Source of the DNA: an uncultured euryarchaeote
Lineage (GTDB): Archaea; Thermoplasmatota; Poseidoniia; Poseidoniales; Poseidoniaceae
Assembly: GCA_964001175.1 (NCBI GenBank)
Contig: CAXFAS010000006.1
Location: 6,237-70,236 of the forward strand
Direction of reading: 5' to 3'
DNA length: 64,000 nt
Shown here in pieces: positions 10,795 through 20,915 of the stretch. Each line of letters opens with the position of its first letter. Within the stretch, counting starts at the first letter, position 1. The position numbers and the translations under genes are program-made. A model generated the notes under the pieces. It had not been told where the DNA came from and made no database searches. It saw only the letters and a list, made by a program, of their open reading frames with translations.

Positions 10795-11388
10795 ATGAGT
10801 AGCCAAGAGGATTTAATTTTCGATAGCGATGGTGAAATGTTAGTCCACGAAGATTCAATCCAAAATACTACCATGACTCAAGATGAGTTGGCAATTTTGG
10901 AGGCTTCCAAAGAAGCTGCAAGATTTGTTGAAGATTTGAAGCAGGAAGTAACTCCAAACCGTGTGGCTTTGGCAGGAGTAATTTTACTACTGTTTATTGG
11001 GGCAATTTTTAGTAGCTGGTATTGGGTGATTCCAAGAGATTCAGTAATGGTGGAAAGTCTGTATCTTCAAAGAGGAGGGCATATTGTGATGTCTGAAATC
11101 CATAATACAGGTAGTAGAGAAATTACTGATGTTTCCTTAGACGTTAGATTCCAATCTCTTGATGGCGAGATATTAGAAACGATGAATATAGATGTAGAAT
11201 CAATTTCAGCACATTCTTCGGTTGCAGGAAACGACTTAGAGATGAAGATTTTAGGCTATACAGTTTGGGAAAATTATGTAATCGCAGTCGATTTAAGGTG
11301 GACTGATTACAATGGCGAGCAGCAAAATATTCTGGTAACTCATGAAGTTGGCGAATGGGCATGGGAAGAATTCAAAGATAGAAATTAA
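10795..11388 (+). CDS. Single-pass membrane protein with a small beta-sandwich-like ectodomain
   Basis: Starts 4 nt after the preceding stop. TM helix VALAGVILLLFIGAIFSSWYWVI. The HNTGSREITDVSLDV pattern resembles a CARDB-type domain. Confidence 0.5.
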   Translation: MSSQEDLIFDSDGEMLVHEDSIQNTTMTQDELAILEASKEAARFVEDLKQEVTPNRVALAGVILLLFIGAIFSSWYWVIPRDSVMVESLYLQRGGHIVMSEIHNTGSREITDVSLDVRFQSLDGEILETMNIDVESISAHSSVAGNDLEMKILGYTVWENYVIAVDLRWTDYNGEQQNILVTHEVGEWAWEEFKDRN

Positions 11389-11448
11389 TCTTGATTTTTA
11401 GCCCAAAAGACCCGAAGCAATAAAGCGGGGCGGGTCGGGGAAGATAAT

Positions 11449-14400
11449 ATGCAAACTAGTCGCGCTACTAGGGGAGCAATCCTCTTGGTCGCATTATTTG
11501 TTTTGCAAAGTTACTCAGTGTTTTTCACTCAACAAGAAGAATATTTATCCTCAGAAGATGAATATAATCAAATCGAATGGGTTAGATTTGATTTGAGAGA
11601 AGGGGTGTATAATGATGCTAAGGGGATTTATGACTACACTGAAACTCTAGAACAAAGAGAGGTCTATGCTGATTCATCAATCGGTATTTTCGATGATAAT
11701 GGATTAATTTTGAACCGGCCTGTACCAGTTGAAATGCTTCAATCCAGACCAGATCTAAACCTTCTGCTCATTTCTAATCAAGTCAACCTATTAGAATCGA
11801 GAGAAAAACTCAATGAAATCCAAGGTTTAACCATTCGAGATTTTATTTATCCTTCGGGATTGATTGTCCAAGGAACTCCTATGGCTTTGATGGAGGCTCA
11901 AAATTTAGATGTCATCTCTAGTTTTCATTCAGTTCCTTTGGCACTTTTCACCCAAGGTGAAATATTAGATATTTTATTACTTGAAGATGGAGAACAATCC
12001 TTAATTGGACAGACTATGAGATTACAAGGTTGGAGAAATGACTTAGGCCCTCAACAATCAATTTCTTTCACAGATTCATATGGCAATAATTTATTTCAAG
12101 ATGTAGCAGATGTTGCAGAATTAACACTCCAAGATACTATTCATTGGGATGAAGGAAGATATGAAGGCTCATTGAAAACTAGTGATATAGCCTCGATTAT
12201 GATTCAGCCATCGGTTAACTCACTTAGATTTAATCCTCAGTTTACCATTGATAATAATCAAGCTGGAAGTCATATGAAAACAGGCACTATGAAAATTTAT
12301 TTCAATTCTGATTTAGATGGTTCTAATCAAACGGTTGCAGTTGCAGATTCTGGGCTAGATGATGACCATGGAGATTTTGGAAATAGAGTAGTTGGTAATT
12401 ATGACGTAATCAATGACGGTTCCACTGCCGATAAATGGTCTGGGCATGGAACTCACGTTTCATGCACTATCTTAGGTGATGGTTTCAGAGGAGGGTATAC
12501 CGGTGTTGCTCCTGAAGCAGACCTATATTTTCAAGCGATGGAAAACGATAACACTGGGAATTTCCAATCTCCTTCCTTGAATTATTTACTAAATTCTGCT
12601 TACAATGACGGCGCTAGAACACACACTAATTCGTGGGGTAGCGGTGGAAATAACATCTATGGAAGATATACATCAGAAAGCCAAGATGTCGATGATAGAG
12701 CAAATTATTATGATAGATATTACAATGGTGCTGAAGGATTAACAATTCTTTTTGCTGCTGGGAATGATGGACCTAATCCAGATACTATCGGTCCGCCAAG
12801 TACTGCTAAAAATTCTGTGACCGTTGGAATGCATCAAAATCGATATTCAGGTGCCCCAGATACAATCATGTCAGGTTCATCTAGAGGTCCAGTTGATGAT
12901 GGTAGAATAAAACCAGATGTTCTTGCTCCTGGAGGTTATGTCCGCTCTTGTAAGGCACAAGAAGCTGGAGACACTGGTGGAAATACATGGTCTAGTCAAT
13001 GGTATCTAGAGTATACAGGGACATCAATGGCGACCCCAAATGCTGCTGGCGCATCAGCCATGATTAGACAATATCTTGAGGAGATTGCTCTACGAGAATC
13101 GCCTCAAGGAGCGCTAGTTAAAGCATTATTAATTCTAGGTGCAGAAGATGTAGGTTCCCGAGATATTCCAAACAACGACGAGGGATGGGGCCGAATAAAT
13201 ATTAGAAATTCCTTAGCACCTGTTGACGGACAAGGAATTTGGGTCGATGATAGGTCATTGCTTTCAGCAACTGGTAATTCTAAATCATATGATTTTGATA
13301 TCGACGTAGCAAACGATGCTTTCAAGGCTGTTTTAACATGGTCTGATGAGTATGCATCAACAAGTTCCAATAAACAACTTGTCAATAATTTCGATCTCGA
13401 AGTCACAGATCCAAATGGTAATGTGTATCTTGGTAATGATTTTGCCAATGGCCGTTCAACCACTGGTGGTTCTGCAGATAATGTCAATAATGTGGAAGTA
13501 GTTCTAATAGACCAAGCAATTATCGGTCAGTGGACTGTAAAAGTGAAAGATACATTCCACGGCGGAAGTCGTTCTCAACCATTTTCTTTAGCCGTGATGG
13601 GACATGGAATCAATGATTTATTGCCTGATTTAGCAGTAGTTCCTGAAGATTATAGCATGGATATTGAAGTTCCCGGAGTTGGAGATGAGGTACATTTCAC
13701 ATCAACAATTGAAAATACTGGCAATGTGAAATCAGACTATTTTGATGTAGTATTACAAGTCAATGGAGTAGTTGTTGAAACTAAAAATATGGATGTCGGA
13801 GGCGGCACCCAAAAGAACCTCTATTGGACATGGACTCCACAAAGTGCTGGAGAGAAATTAATTTCATTCATAATTGACCCGGACAATCAAGTTGATGAAA
13901 CACTAGAAACAAATAATCGTCATGATGTTCTTATCGAGGTAACAACCCCAGGAGTTGCATTTTCCTCTCCTCAAAGAGTTTCGACATTAACAGATCCGTT
14001 GGAAACCTCTACTTCTTGGCAAGTTAATTTGAGTAATACCGGTTTACTACCAATAAATGCTAGTATTACTAAGCAAAGCGTACTAAACGTCCAAACAGGT
14101 CAACAAGTTTCATGGTATGTTGGTATTTCTTCAACGAACTTTTCGTTGGAAGGAAGAGAGTCAAAAACTGTCAGTGTGACTATGATTCACCCTGAAACCC
14201 CGCAAAAGGGGACCTATGAAATACAACTGTTTGGATTAGATGTTGATAACGGAGTATCAAATGTTTATACATTGGAATTAGAAGTACTAGATATAGCAAA
14301 TGTAAATGTTGAATATAATTACGATATTGTTCCTGTTCACCCAATTGATCCTACAACATTTGCTGTTTATGTACAAAATTTAGGTAATTCCGATTTGATT

Positions 14401-16092
14401 TATGATCTTCAAGTTCAGCCGCCTAATGGGTGGAATGCTTACTTTGGCGAAGGTGATACAGCGGGTCGTTTCATAAGTACTGAACCAATCCCTATTAGTC
14501 AAATCTCAACCTTAAATTTGACAATACAGCCACCTAATATAATCCAAGACGCAGGAGTCGAAAGGATTGTTTCAATCAATGTTCTTTCACGTACGACTCC
14601 GATTAAGAGTTGGATTATTGATGTCCCGATTAAGGTAGAGGCAGTTAAATCAATAGAGATAAGCCTAGATTCTCAGATGAATAAAGTACTTCCAGATACT
14701 GAATTTGCATTAATTTATTCGATAGAAAACAAAGGAAATGTTGATGTTAGACTTTATCCATCTTTCTTTTTACCTCAAGGTATTCAAACTATTGAAGGGG
14801 CATCACCGTTTAATCTCGATATTGGAGAATCAAGGATATACATTCTCTCTCTTTACGCTGGACAAAGTGCGAAAACAGGACAGATAACTATGAATTTGGA
14901 TAATGGTTCTGATAGATTCTCTTGGAATGAAATTTTAGAAGTAGAAATTTTTGCTAAACCATCTTTGAAATTCACTAATTTGATTTATGAAAGCGGAGAA
15001 CAGTATTCGACATATCTCGGTTCAGGTAGCCACTATGCAGGTCAAGTTTTGATTTATAATTGGGAATTAAGCAATCTAGAAGATATCGATTGGACGCCTG
15101 AGATTGAAATACAGAGCGATGAAGACTTAGAAGTAAGTTGTAATGCGATAAATACTGTACTTGGGCTCAATGATAAGACGGAAATGGACTGTGCAGTGAT
15201 TATAGATCCCAAAGCTGAACCATACACACAACCCTCTTTCACTTTGACTTTAGGGGGTAGTGGGGCACAGTTTTCAGAAACAATTTCGCTTTATGTAGCT
15301 GGTGTTGAAGAAATTACATGGGGTAGTTTATCGTCAAATACTTTTGAGACAGATGAGGAAAAATTAATCCAAATCATGGCTACAAATACTGGCAATATCC
15401 CTTTCAATCATCGACTTGAGGTTTCATCCGAAGACGATTGGGATATCGAATTAGATGCAAATGATGTAGTTGACCTTCAAGTTGGAGAATCAGTACTCGT
15501 ACGAATTAAAGTTACCGCGAATGAACCAGGGTTTTCATCCATTAAACTAGACTTTAGTTCCTCAGATTCGCCACAATCTACCGAGTTTAGATTCAATGTT
15601 TCCTCTACTGGCGAATCTTCAGACTCTTTTGGAAGCACAGGCCAAATAATCACTAGTGTAATGCTAATAGTTGTAGTAATCGCCATTATTGGAATGAGTG
15701 TTGCTTTATTGAAATCAAAAAAGAAGCATCCAATGATGCCTTTACCGCCTAGGCAAATGGCTGGAAATCAGTTTACTAATCGGCCGTTGGCTCTTCCTAA
15801 AAATTTACCACAAATAGCGCCGCCTGCGGCTGCAATAACTGCGCCAGTTCCAGCAGTAATCCCTGCAGTAATTCCGGCACCTATTCCAGAAGTTGACCAA
15901 GAAGTTGTTGAAGAAAATCAAGCGCCTCTTCCAATATGTTGGTCTTGCCGAGGTTCGATTCAAGGAGCCGTTCTTGGATGTCCTTCATGTGGGGCTAGAT
16001 ATCATGGTGAAGGTCATGAGTCCTGTAGTATCTCAAATCTTGAAAAGTGCATCAGTTGCTCTGGTCCAACCTCTGATTTTATTGATGGTTAA
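11449..16092 (+). CDS. Giant S8 subtilisin-like serine protease with CARDB-type repeats, TM anchor, Pro/Ala-rich linker and cytoplasmic Cys-rich zinc-ribbon tail
   Basis: Catalytic triad motifs VAVADSGLDDDHGDF (Asp), SGHGTHVSCTILG (His) and GTSMATPNAAGASAMI (Ser). CARDB-like IENTGNVKSDYFDVVLQVNG...LETNNRHDV. TM helix ITSVMLIVVVIAIIGMSVALL. C-terminal CWSC...CPSC...C-x9-CISC. Confidence 0.85.
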   Translation: MQTSRATRGAILLVALFVLQSYSVFFTQQEEYLSSEDEYNQIEWVRFDLREGVYNDAKGIYDYTETLEQREVYADSSIGIFDDNGLILNRPVPVEMLQSRPDLNLLLISNQVNLLESREKLNEIQGLTIRDFIYPSGLIVQGTPMALMEAQNLDVISSFHSVPLALFTQGEILDILLLEDGEQSLIGQTMRLQGWRNDLGPQQSISFTDSYGNNLFQDVADVAELTLQDTIHWDEGRYEGSLKTSDIASIMIQPSVNSLRFNPQFTIDNNQAGSHMKTGTMKIYFNSDLDGSNQTVAVADSGLDDDHGDFGNRVVGNYDVINDGSTADKWSGHGTHVSCTILGDGFRGGYTGVAPEADLYFQAMENDNTGNFQSPSLNYLLNSAYNDGARTHTNSWGSGGNNIYGRYTSESQDVDDRANYYDRYYNGAEGLTILFAAGNDGPNPDTIGPPSTAKNSVTVGMHQNRYSGAPDTIMSGSSRGPVDDGRIKPDVLAPGGYVRSCKAQEAGDTGGNTWSSQWYLEYTGTSMATPNAAGASAMIRQYLEEIALRESPQGALVKALLILGAEDVGSRDIPNNDEGWGRINIRNSLAPVDGQGIWVDDRSLLSATGNSKSYDFDIDVANDAFKAVLTWSDEYASTSSNKQLVNNFDLEVTDPNGNVYLGNDFANGRSTTGGSADNVNNVEVVLIDQAIIGQWTVKVKDTFHGGSRSQPFSLAVMGHGINDLLPDLAVVPEDYSMDIEVPGVGDEVHFTSTIENTGNVKSDYFDVVLQVNGVVVETKNMDVGGGTQKNLYWTWTPQSAGEKLISFIIDPDNQVDETLETNNRHDVLIEVTTPGVAFSSPQRVSTLTDPLETSTSWQVNLSNTGLLPINASITKQSVLNVQTGQQVSWYVGISSTNFSLEGRESKTVSVTMIHPETPQKGTYEIQLFGLDVDNGVSNVYTLELEVLDIANVNVEYNYDIVPVHPIDPTTFAVYVQNLGNSDLIYDLQVQPPNGWNAYFGEGDTAGRFISTEPIPISQISTLNLTIQPPNIIQDAGVERIVSINVLSRTTPIKSWIIDVPIKVEAVKSIEISLDSQMNKVLPDTEFALIYSIENKGNVDVRLYPSFFLPQGIQTIEGASPFNLDIGESRIYILSLYAGQSAKTGQITMNLDNGSDRFSWNEILEVEIFAKPSLKFTNLIYESGEQYSTYLGSGSHYAGQVLIYNWELSNLEDIDWTPEIEIQSDEDLEVSCNAINTVLGLNDKTEMDCAVIIDPKAEPYTQPSFTLTLGGSGAQFSETISLYVAGVEEITWGSLSSNTFETDEEKLIQIMATNTGNIPFNHRLEVSSEDDWDIELDANDVVDLQVGESVLVRIKVTANEPGFSSIKLDFSSSDSPQSTEFRFNVSSTGESSDSFGSTGQIITSVMLIVVVIAIIGMSVALLKSKKKHPMMPLPPRQMAGNQFTNRPLALPKNLPQIAPPAAAITAPVPAVIPAVIPAPIPEVDQEVVEENQAPLPICWSCRGSIQGAVLGCPSCGARYHGEGHESCSISNLEKCISCSGPTSDFIDG

Positions 16093-16162
16093 ACCATTTC
16101 ATCATATTTTTTGATGAACAACAAAGGGTAGGCTTTTGATAGTAAGTCTTCCACCGGGGGTC

Positions 16163-19100
16163 ATGGACCCCCGAGGAAAACCGCAGAAATCTACCCATCG
16201 TGGCGCTATTTTCCTGATTTGGCTAATGCTATTCTCCGTACTTCCTTTACTTGCTCCAAATGTTGCTGCAGCACCTAGTATCAATCTAAATGTTTCACCT
16301 AATTCAATGGAAGTTAATCCAGGGGAGTCAGGAGAGTATACTGTAGTAATTTACAACACAGGGTCTGATCCAGTTTCTGTAAATCTTCAGGCTAGTAATG
16401 AACCTGGTGAAGATTGTAATGGTTATACTACAACTATACTCCAAATTCCAGGTCAAATTGAAGCAGGTTCTTCAGAAGAGACGACTATGAATGTTACCTT
16501 GGCCCAAAATGTAGAGCCTGAATCAACCTGTGATACAACCGTCACTGCTACAATCGTACTTTCAACCGGAACGCCTGACCCTGCTGCTCCCGAGCCTTCA
16601 ACAGAAACAGTTTCAACAACTGCCGGGGATGGTTCAGGAAGTGCATTATTCGGTGTTGATCTATATTTCGATAATATCGAAGAAAGAAATTCACAACAGA
16701 AATCCCTAGGTGCAGGTTCAGATACTGTGACATACTACATTACTGTTGAAAATACAGGTCAGACCAACCAATCAATAGATTTGGTATTGGAAGAAGTAAC
16801 AGATAGCGGATGCAGTAATCCTCAAGACCTTACAGTAACCCTTAGCGAAACCAATGTTGCATTAGATGTAGAAGAAACTGAGCAAGTAACCGTAGAGGTG
16901 GAAGTCCCCGATGGCCAGCAAGCAAATGACTACTGTTGGGAATTAACAGGAACCGTTTCTGGCTCCAATCCTGCTCAAAACGCTACTGATACAGTGGATT
17001 TCGAACTAGAAGTTCCTGTGCTAAAGGAGTGTTCAATGAGTTTATCAAAAACCAACCTAAACCTCAATCCTGGCGATGTTGGAACTCTAACTGCAACGTT
17101 GACTAACGAAGGAAATAGTGACTGGTCTGTTGGCATGTCAATTACTGGAGACCCAGGTGTTGGCAGCAATAAATGGGTATCATTCGATGGACCATCTAGT
17201 GGATTACTGCCTTATGACGATGGTGATGGAACCAAATCCTTTGATTTGGAAGTAGAGCCTGATGATTCAAGAAGCGCTGGGTCTGAAACTCAAATTACAG
17301 TTCAAGCAAAAGATGGAAATTCTCTAAAATGCGTCAAACAATTTACCGTAATTTTAGGCCAAAGTTATGGCGCCTCTCTAAGTCTACAAACCTCTAGCCT
17401 AGGCCCTATTGAGCCTGGAGAGAATAGAACTTCTAGTCTAACTGTGACCAATACCGGAAATGGTGAAGACACTCTTAGAATTACAGTCTCTTCACCTCCT
17501 TCTGGATGGTCGATTTCACTTGACCAATCTAGCGTTACTGTTGGCTCTAAACATGGTTCAAGCAAGTCGGAAAGCGTCGACTTCATTGTTTCAGTTCCTG
17601 AAGACGCACTTGCAACTGAAAGTATTGAATTGACTTTCTCAGTTTTACCTAATGGTGGAGGGCAAGCTTACCAAACTAAGATTTTGACAGTCACAGTCAA
17701 AGAAACACATGGCATGGAAGTCGAGCGAGGACAAAATCAGACAGGTCGCTCTAACACTATTCTTTTATTCCCAATCACAGTTGAAAATCTTGGTAATAAT
17801 GAAGATAACTTTAGATTTTACACTAAGAGAAATTCCGAAAATTGGGAAAATTGGTATACCGATGAAGAAGGAAATCAGCAAACAGAATTTACAATCGATG
17901 CTAGAGAAACCGCTGTAATCACTCTAAATGTAAGAGTCAAAGTAGGTACTGAGAATTGGGAGTTTACCGATATTGACGTCGAAATTACTAATCTTGGAGA
18001 CTCCAATTCTGCCGATGATAATTCTGATGGTTTGCCTGATAATAAGCGATTGGAGAAGTTTAGAGCAGTTCGTTCAGATGTCAATTACTCCATGGATATT
18101 AGATTCGGAGACGGCGACTTTGACGGCATATCGATTGATAACAGAGTCGGAACATTGGTATTACCTCCTGAGGGTGAAGCAATGTTCGATTTATGGATTG
18201 AAAACACTGGTGATGAGAATTATGATTATGCTGTATTTGAAATCAATGGCCTAGAAGGAATAGCAACTAGAGAACTAATGCTCGATGGTGAAATTGTCGA
18301 TATAGATGAAAAATTCAAGATTAAAAGAGGCTATGGTCTTTGGAATTCTACTACAAATTCATTCCAATTAGATGACGAAGGAAACCTAATTCATTCGTAT
18401 TCTGAAAATGGAATAAATGCTGAGAAAGAGAAGATTGGCAAGACAGAACTTCAAGCAATGAAATACAAAAAACAGTTCCAGTTGATAATAGAAGTTAATC
18501 CAGGTGCAGTTACTGGCGATAGCGGAATTTTAGAAATCATAGTTACTAGTGAATCTAATTCTGCAGATCGCACAGGATATACATCATTGAGTTTAGAAGT
18601 TCAAACCATTTATGATATACAATTCAGTTCTGATGTAGACTTACATTATACTCTTGAGTATCCTGATAAGAAAACAATCTTAGTAGACGCTATCAATCAA
18701 GGAAATGTTAGGACTCAATTCAATGTCTTGACTCCAGAAGGACTCCGTGGTTGGTCGGTTTCTCTAGACTACGCAAATGGCTCTTGTTCATCCAATTCAG
18801 ATGGCTTAACATGTTGGCTGGATGTCGGAGAATCAATTGGACTTGTAGTTGATGTAAGACCTTCTTACGAGGCAGAAGTGAAAGATAATTTCTCCTTTAC
18901 ACTTTCAGTTGAGCCTGTCGAAACGGGCGTAATTGATAGAGAGAATATTGAGTTCTCTGTACTTGGTGAACCTTATGCTGGCGCCTTTGGACTGGGGATT
19001 CAACAAGAACATATCAAATCTGGAATGTATTTAATAATAATTTTGATATTCCTAGGAGTGATATATCAAGGAGCAAAGCCAACACTCAGAGACATGAATG

Positions 19101-19696
19101 CAAAATCATCTGCAAAGCGTCAATTAATTTATTCTGAAAAATTGTCTAGCGCAAAAGAAAGTGGATTTGTGAGAAAAATGTCAGTTAGGGTTAGCCCAAT
19201 TCCATACAGGAATCCAATCATGCAATGGCTTATTTTTACACCTCTAACCTTAGGATTATATCCGCTTGTAGCATTATTCAAATGGGGTGAAGAGCTGAAG
19301 AATAATGCTGAAATTGGACCAGGTGGGGCAAAGAATCTATTGTTCTTCATAATACCATTTTTCAATATTTATTGGTTTTTCAAGTTGATTGGAAATGTCA
19401 GAGCGTTGGAATCGAAAACTATGCATCAAACAAAGCTGTCCAGCAGTTCTCCAATTATTTGGTTCATTCTCGGAGTTATAGTATTCCCTGCACTAGGTGC
19501 TGTGGTATTCTTGCTAGGGGCGTTATTTATGATCCCAACAGTTGCGACATTCCCATCTTTTCTTTCAACGCCAATTTTAGCAATATTCTATCTAGTTGTA
19601 ACTTGGATATTCGTTTTCCCGAGTTACAAGATTTGGTCTTTATTACAAAATTCAATGAATGATTCCTGGACTATTTGGTTTGGGAAATCGGCTTAA
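16163..19696 (+). CDS. Multi-repeat surface protein (CARDB/NEW3-like beta-sandwich repeats) fused to a C-terminal polytopic DUF4234-like membrane domain
   Basis: Track ORF begins at TTG 16136. The ATG at 16163 gives a classic signal peptide (MDPRGKPQKSTHRGAIFLIWLMLFSVLPLLAPNVAAA). Repeated xTVxNTG(N/S)xxD...GWS modules. The C-terminal ~220 aa carry several TM helices and the motif NPIMQWLIFTPLTLGLYPLVALFKWGEEL. Confidence 0.6.
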   Translation: MDPRGKPQKSTHRGAIFLIWLMLFSVLPLLAPNVAAAPSINLNVSPNSMEVNPGESGEYTVVIYNTGSDPVSVNLQASNEPGEDCNGYTTTILQIPGQIEAGSSEETTMNVTLAQNVEPESTCDTTVTATIVLSTGTPDPAAPEPSTETVSTTAGDGSGSALFGVDLYFDNIEERNSQQKSLGAGSDTVTYYITVENTGQTNQSIDLVLEEVTDSGCSNPQDLTVTLSETNVALDVEETEQVTVEVEVPDGQQANDYCWELTGTVSGSNPAQNATDTVDFELEVPVLKECSMSLSKTNLNLNPGDVGTLTATLTNEGNSDWSVGMSITGDPGVGSNKWVSFDGPSSGLLPYDDGDGTKSFDLEVEPDDSRSAGSETQITVQAKDGNSLKCVKQFTVILGQSYGASLSLQTSSLGPIEPGENRTSSLTVTNTGNGEDTLRITVSSPPSGWSISLDQSSVTVGSKHGSSKSESVDFIVSVPEDALATESIELTFSVLPNGGGQAYQTKILTVTVKETHGMEVERGQNQTGRSNTILLFPITVENLGNNEDNFRFYTKRNSENWENWYTDEEGNQQTEFTIDARETAVITLNVRVKVGTENWEFTDIDVEITNLGDSNSADDNSDGLPDNKRLEKFRAVRSDVNYSMDIRFGDGDFDGISIDNRVGTLVLPPEGEAMFDLWIENTGDENYDYAVFEINGLEGIATRELMLDGEIVDIDEKFKIKRGYGLWNSTTNSFQLDDEGNLIHSYSENGINAEKEKIGKTELQAMKYKKQFQLIIEVNPGAVTGDSGILEIIVTSESNSADRTGYTSLSLEVQTIYDIQFSSDVDLHYTLEYPDKKTILVDAINQGNVRTQFNVLTPEGLRGWSVSLDYANGSCSSNSDGLTCWLDVGESIGLVVDVRPSYEAEVKDNFSFTLSVEPVETGVIDRENIEFSVLGEPYAGAFGLGIQQEHIKSGMYLIIILIFLGVIYQGAKPTLRDMNAKSSAKRQLIYSEKLSSAKESGFVRKMSVRVSPIPYRNPIMQWLIFTPLTLGLYPLVALFKWGEELKNNAEIGPGGAKNLLFFIIPFFNIYWFFKLIGNVRALESKTMHQTKLSSSSPIIWFILGVIVFPALGAVVFLLGALFMIPTVATFPSFLSTPILAIFYLVVTWIFVFPSYKIWSLLQNSMNDSWTIWFGKSA

Positions 19697-19717
19697 TTAT
19701 TCAATCAAATTAAGCCG
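19689..19717 (+). terminator. Perfect 10-bp inverted repeat straddling the stop codon at the end of the surface-protein gene block
   Basis: CGGCTTAATT (19689-19698) and AATTAAGCCG (19708-19717) with a 9-nt loop. The TAA stop is at 19694-19696. The repeat lies between the surface operon and the nuo operon. Function as a terminator is inferred only. Confidence 0.3.
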
Positions 19718-19826
19718 TATTTAGGTCATAATCGCCGGTTGAAAAATAACTTTGATTTGGCAACCCTTATTGAGGGGTAATTATTGGAAAGATTGCTGAG
19801 CGTATGCTTTGCAACTGGGTGAACAA

Positions 19827-20312
19827 ATGTCCGGATTAGAATCGGTACCTAGCGCATACCTTTCAATAGGCTTTTTGACGCTTGTTGGCATCCTTATGCC
19901 ATTAACCAATTTCATCATCACATGGGTCGTTAGACCACGCGTTGACCCTGCCAGACCTCACATTACCAAATCCTATCTTTTGGAAGGTTATGAAAAAGAC
20001 CACAGCCTATATCCTCGAAGATTAACAACATTCGAATGTGGAAGTGAGCCGGTTGGAGATGCAATGATTCAATTCCACTTTCAATATTATTGGTATGCTA
20101 TTATTTTCTTGGTTTTTGATGTCGCCTTTATGTTCTTAGTTTTGGGAGGTTTTGTGGCCTCTGATGCAACTGCGCAAGATCTCTCAGACAGTGCTAGAGA
20201 AAGCGCTGTCTCTAAAGCGAAAAATGCGTTATTAGTTCTCAGTGGATTTTTTGCTACAATGTCACTTGGCGTTTGGTATGTTTTCAGGAAGCGAGGGCGA
20301 ATTTACATTTGA
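19827..20312 (+). CDS. nuoA: NADH-quinone oxidoreductase subunit A
   Basis: FECGSEPVGDA...FHFQYYWYAIIFLVFDVAFMFL signature. First gene of the nuo cluster. The track start is TTG 19809; ATG 19827 is more likely. Confidence 0.85.
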   Translation: MSGLESVPSAYLSIGFLTLVGILMPLTNFIITWVVRPRVDPARPHITKSYLLEGYEKDHSLYPRRLTTFECGSEPVGDAMIQFHFQYYWYAIIFLVFDVAFMFLVLGGFVASDATAQDLSDSARESAVSKAKNALLVLSGFFATMSLGVWYVFRKRGRIYI

Positions 20313-20317
20313 GGTGA
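20311..20317 (+). promoter_or_regulatory. Shine-Dalgarno GAGGTGA upstream of nuoB
   Basis: GAGGTGA lies 4 nt before ATG 20322. The same heptamer or a near variant precedes nuoH (22718-22724), nuoI, nuoL (26057-26063), nuoK, nuoN and both micro-ORFs at 60.3-60.4 kb. Confidence 0.6.
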
Positions 20318-20321
20318 AACA

Positions 20322-20915
20322 ATGGCAGATACAGGAGAAAATTTTGCAGCATTCAACAGCAGAGCCTTGGTTGAAATGGTCGGTGGAGTTACCGATGAAG
20401 CACTCAAGGTAACAAAAATCAAGCAATTTCTAAGCGTTCTTGCTGGTCGATTTTTCAATTGGGCTGGGAGAAAATCTTTGTTCACTCTTCACCTTGGGAT
20501 AAAGTGCTGTGCTATTGAGATGGCAGCAGCAGCAACTCCAAGATTTGATGGCGACAGATTTGGAGTTCTATTCCGTTCATCACCTAGACAGTCCGATGTC
20601 TTGCTGGTTAACGGGCCAGTATCAAAGAAATTCGCAGATAAGATCGTCCGTCTTTGGGAGCAAATGCCAGAGCCTAAGTACTGCATAGCAATGGGTGAGT
20701 GTGCTATTTCTGGAGGGCCATACTTCCAATCATACAATATCCTAGAAGGCGTAGATACTGTGATTCCAGTCGATGTTTACATTCCTGGCTGCCCACCTAG
20801 GCCAGAAGCACTAATCGATGGATTTGGTCTTCTTCGTGAAAAGATTATCAAAATTGGCGGTGCTCCAAGTTCTCAAAGAGAGAGCGAAAAGCCAATCATA
20901 GTTGGAGATGAGTAA
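20322..20915 (+). CDS. nuoB: NADH-quinone oxidoreductase subunit B
   Basis: GIKCCAIEM, RSSPRQSDVLLVNGPVS, MGECAISGGPY and VDVYIPGCPPRPEAL: the conserved N2-cluster Cys motifs. Confidence 0.95.
   Translation: MADTGENFAAFNSRALVEMVGGVTDEALKVTKIKQFLSVLAGRFFNWAGRKSLFTLHLGIKCCAIEMAAAATPRFDGDRFGVLFRSSPRQSDVLLVNGPVSKKFADKIVRLWEQMPEPKYCIAMGECAISGGPYFQSYNILEGVDTVIPVDVYIPGCPPRPEALIDGFGLLREKIIKIGGAPSSQRESEKPIIVGDE

Noticed and set aside
11415-11435. G-rich tract GCGGGGCGGGTCGGGG upstream of the protease gene as a G-quadruplex
   Set aside because: It has only three G-runs. It more likely serves as part of the ribosome-binding region, and a weak CCCG/CGGG hairpin is not compelling.
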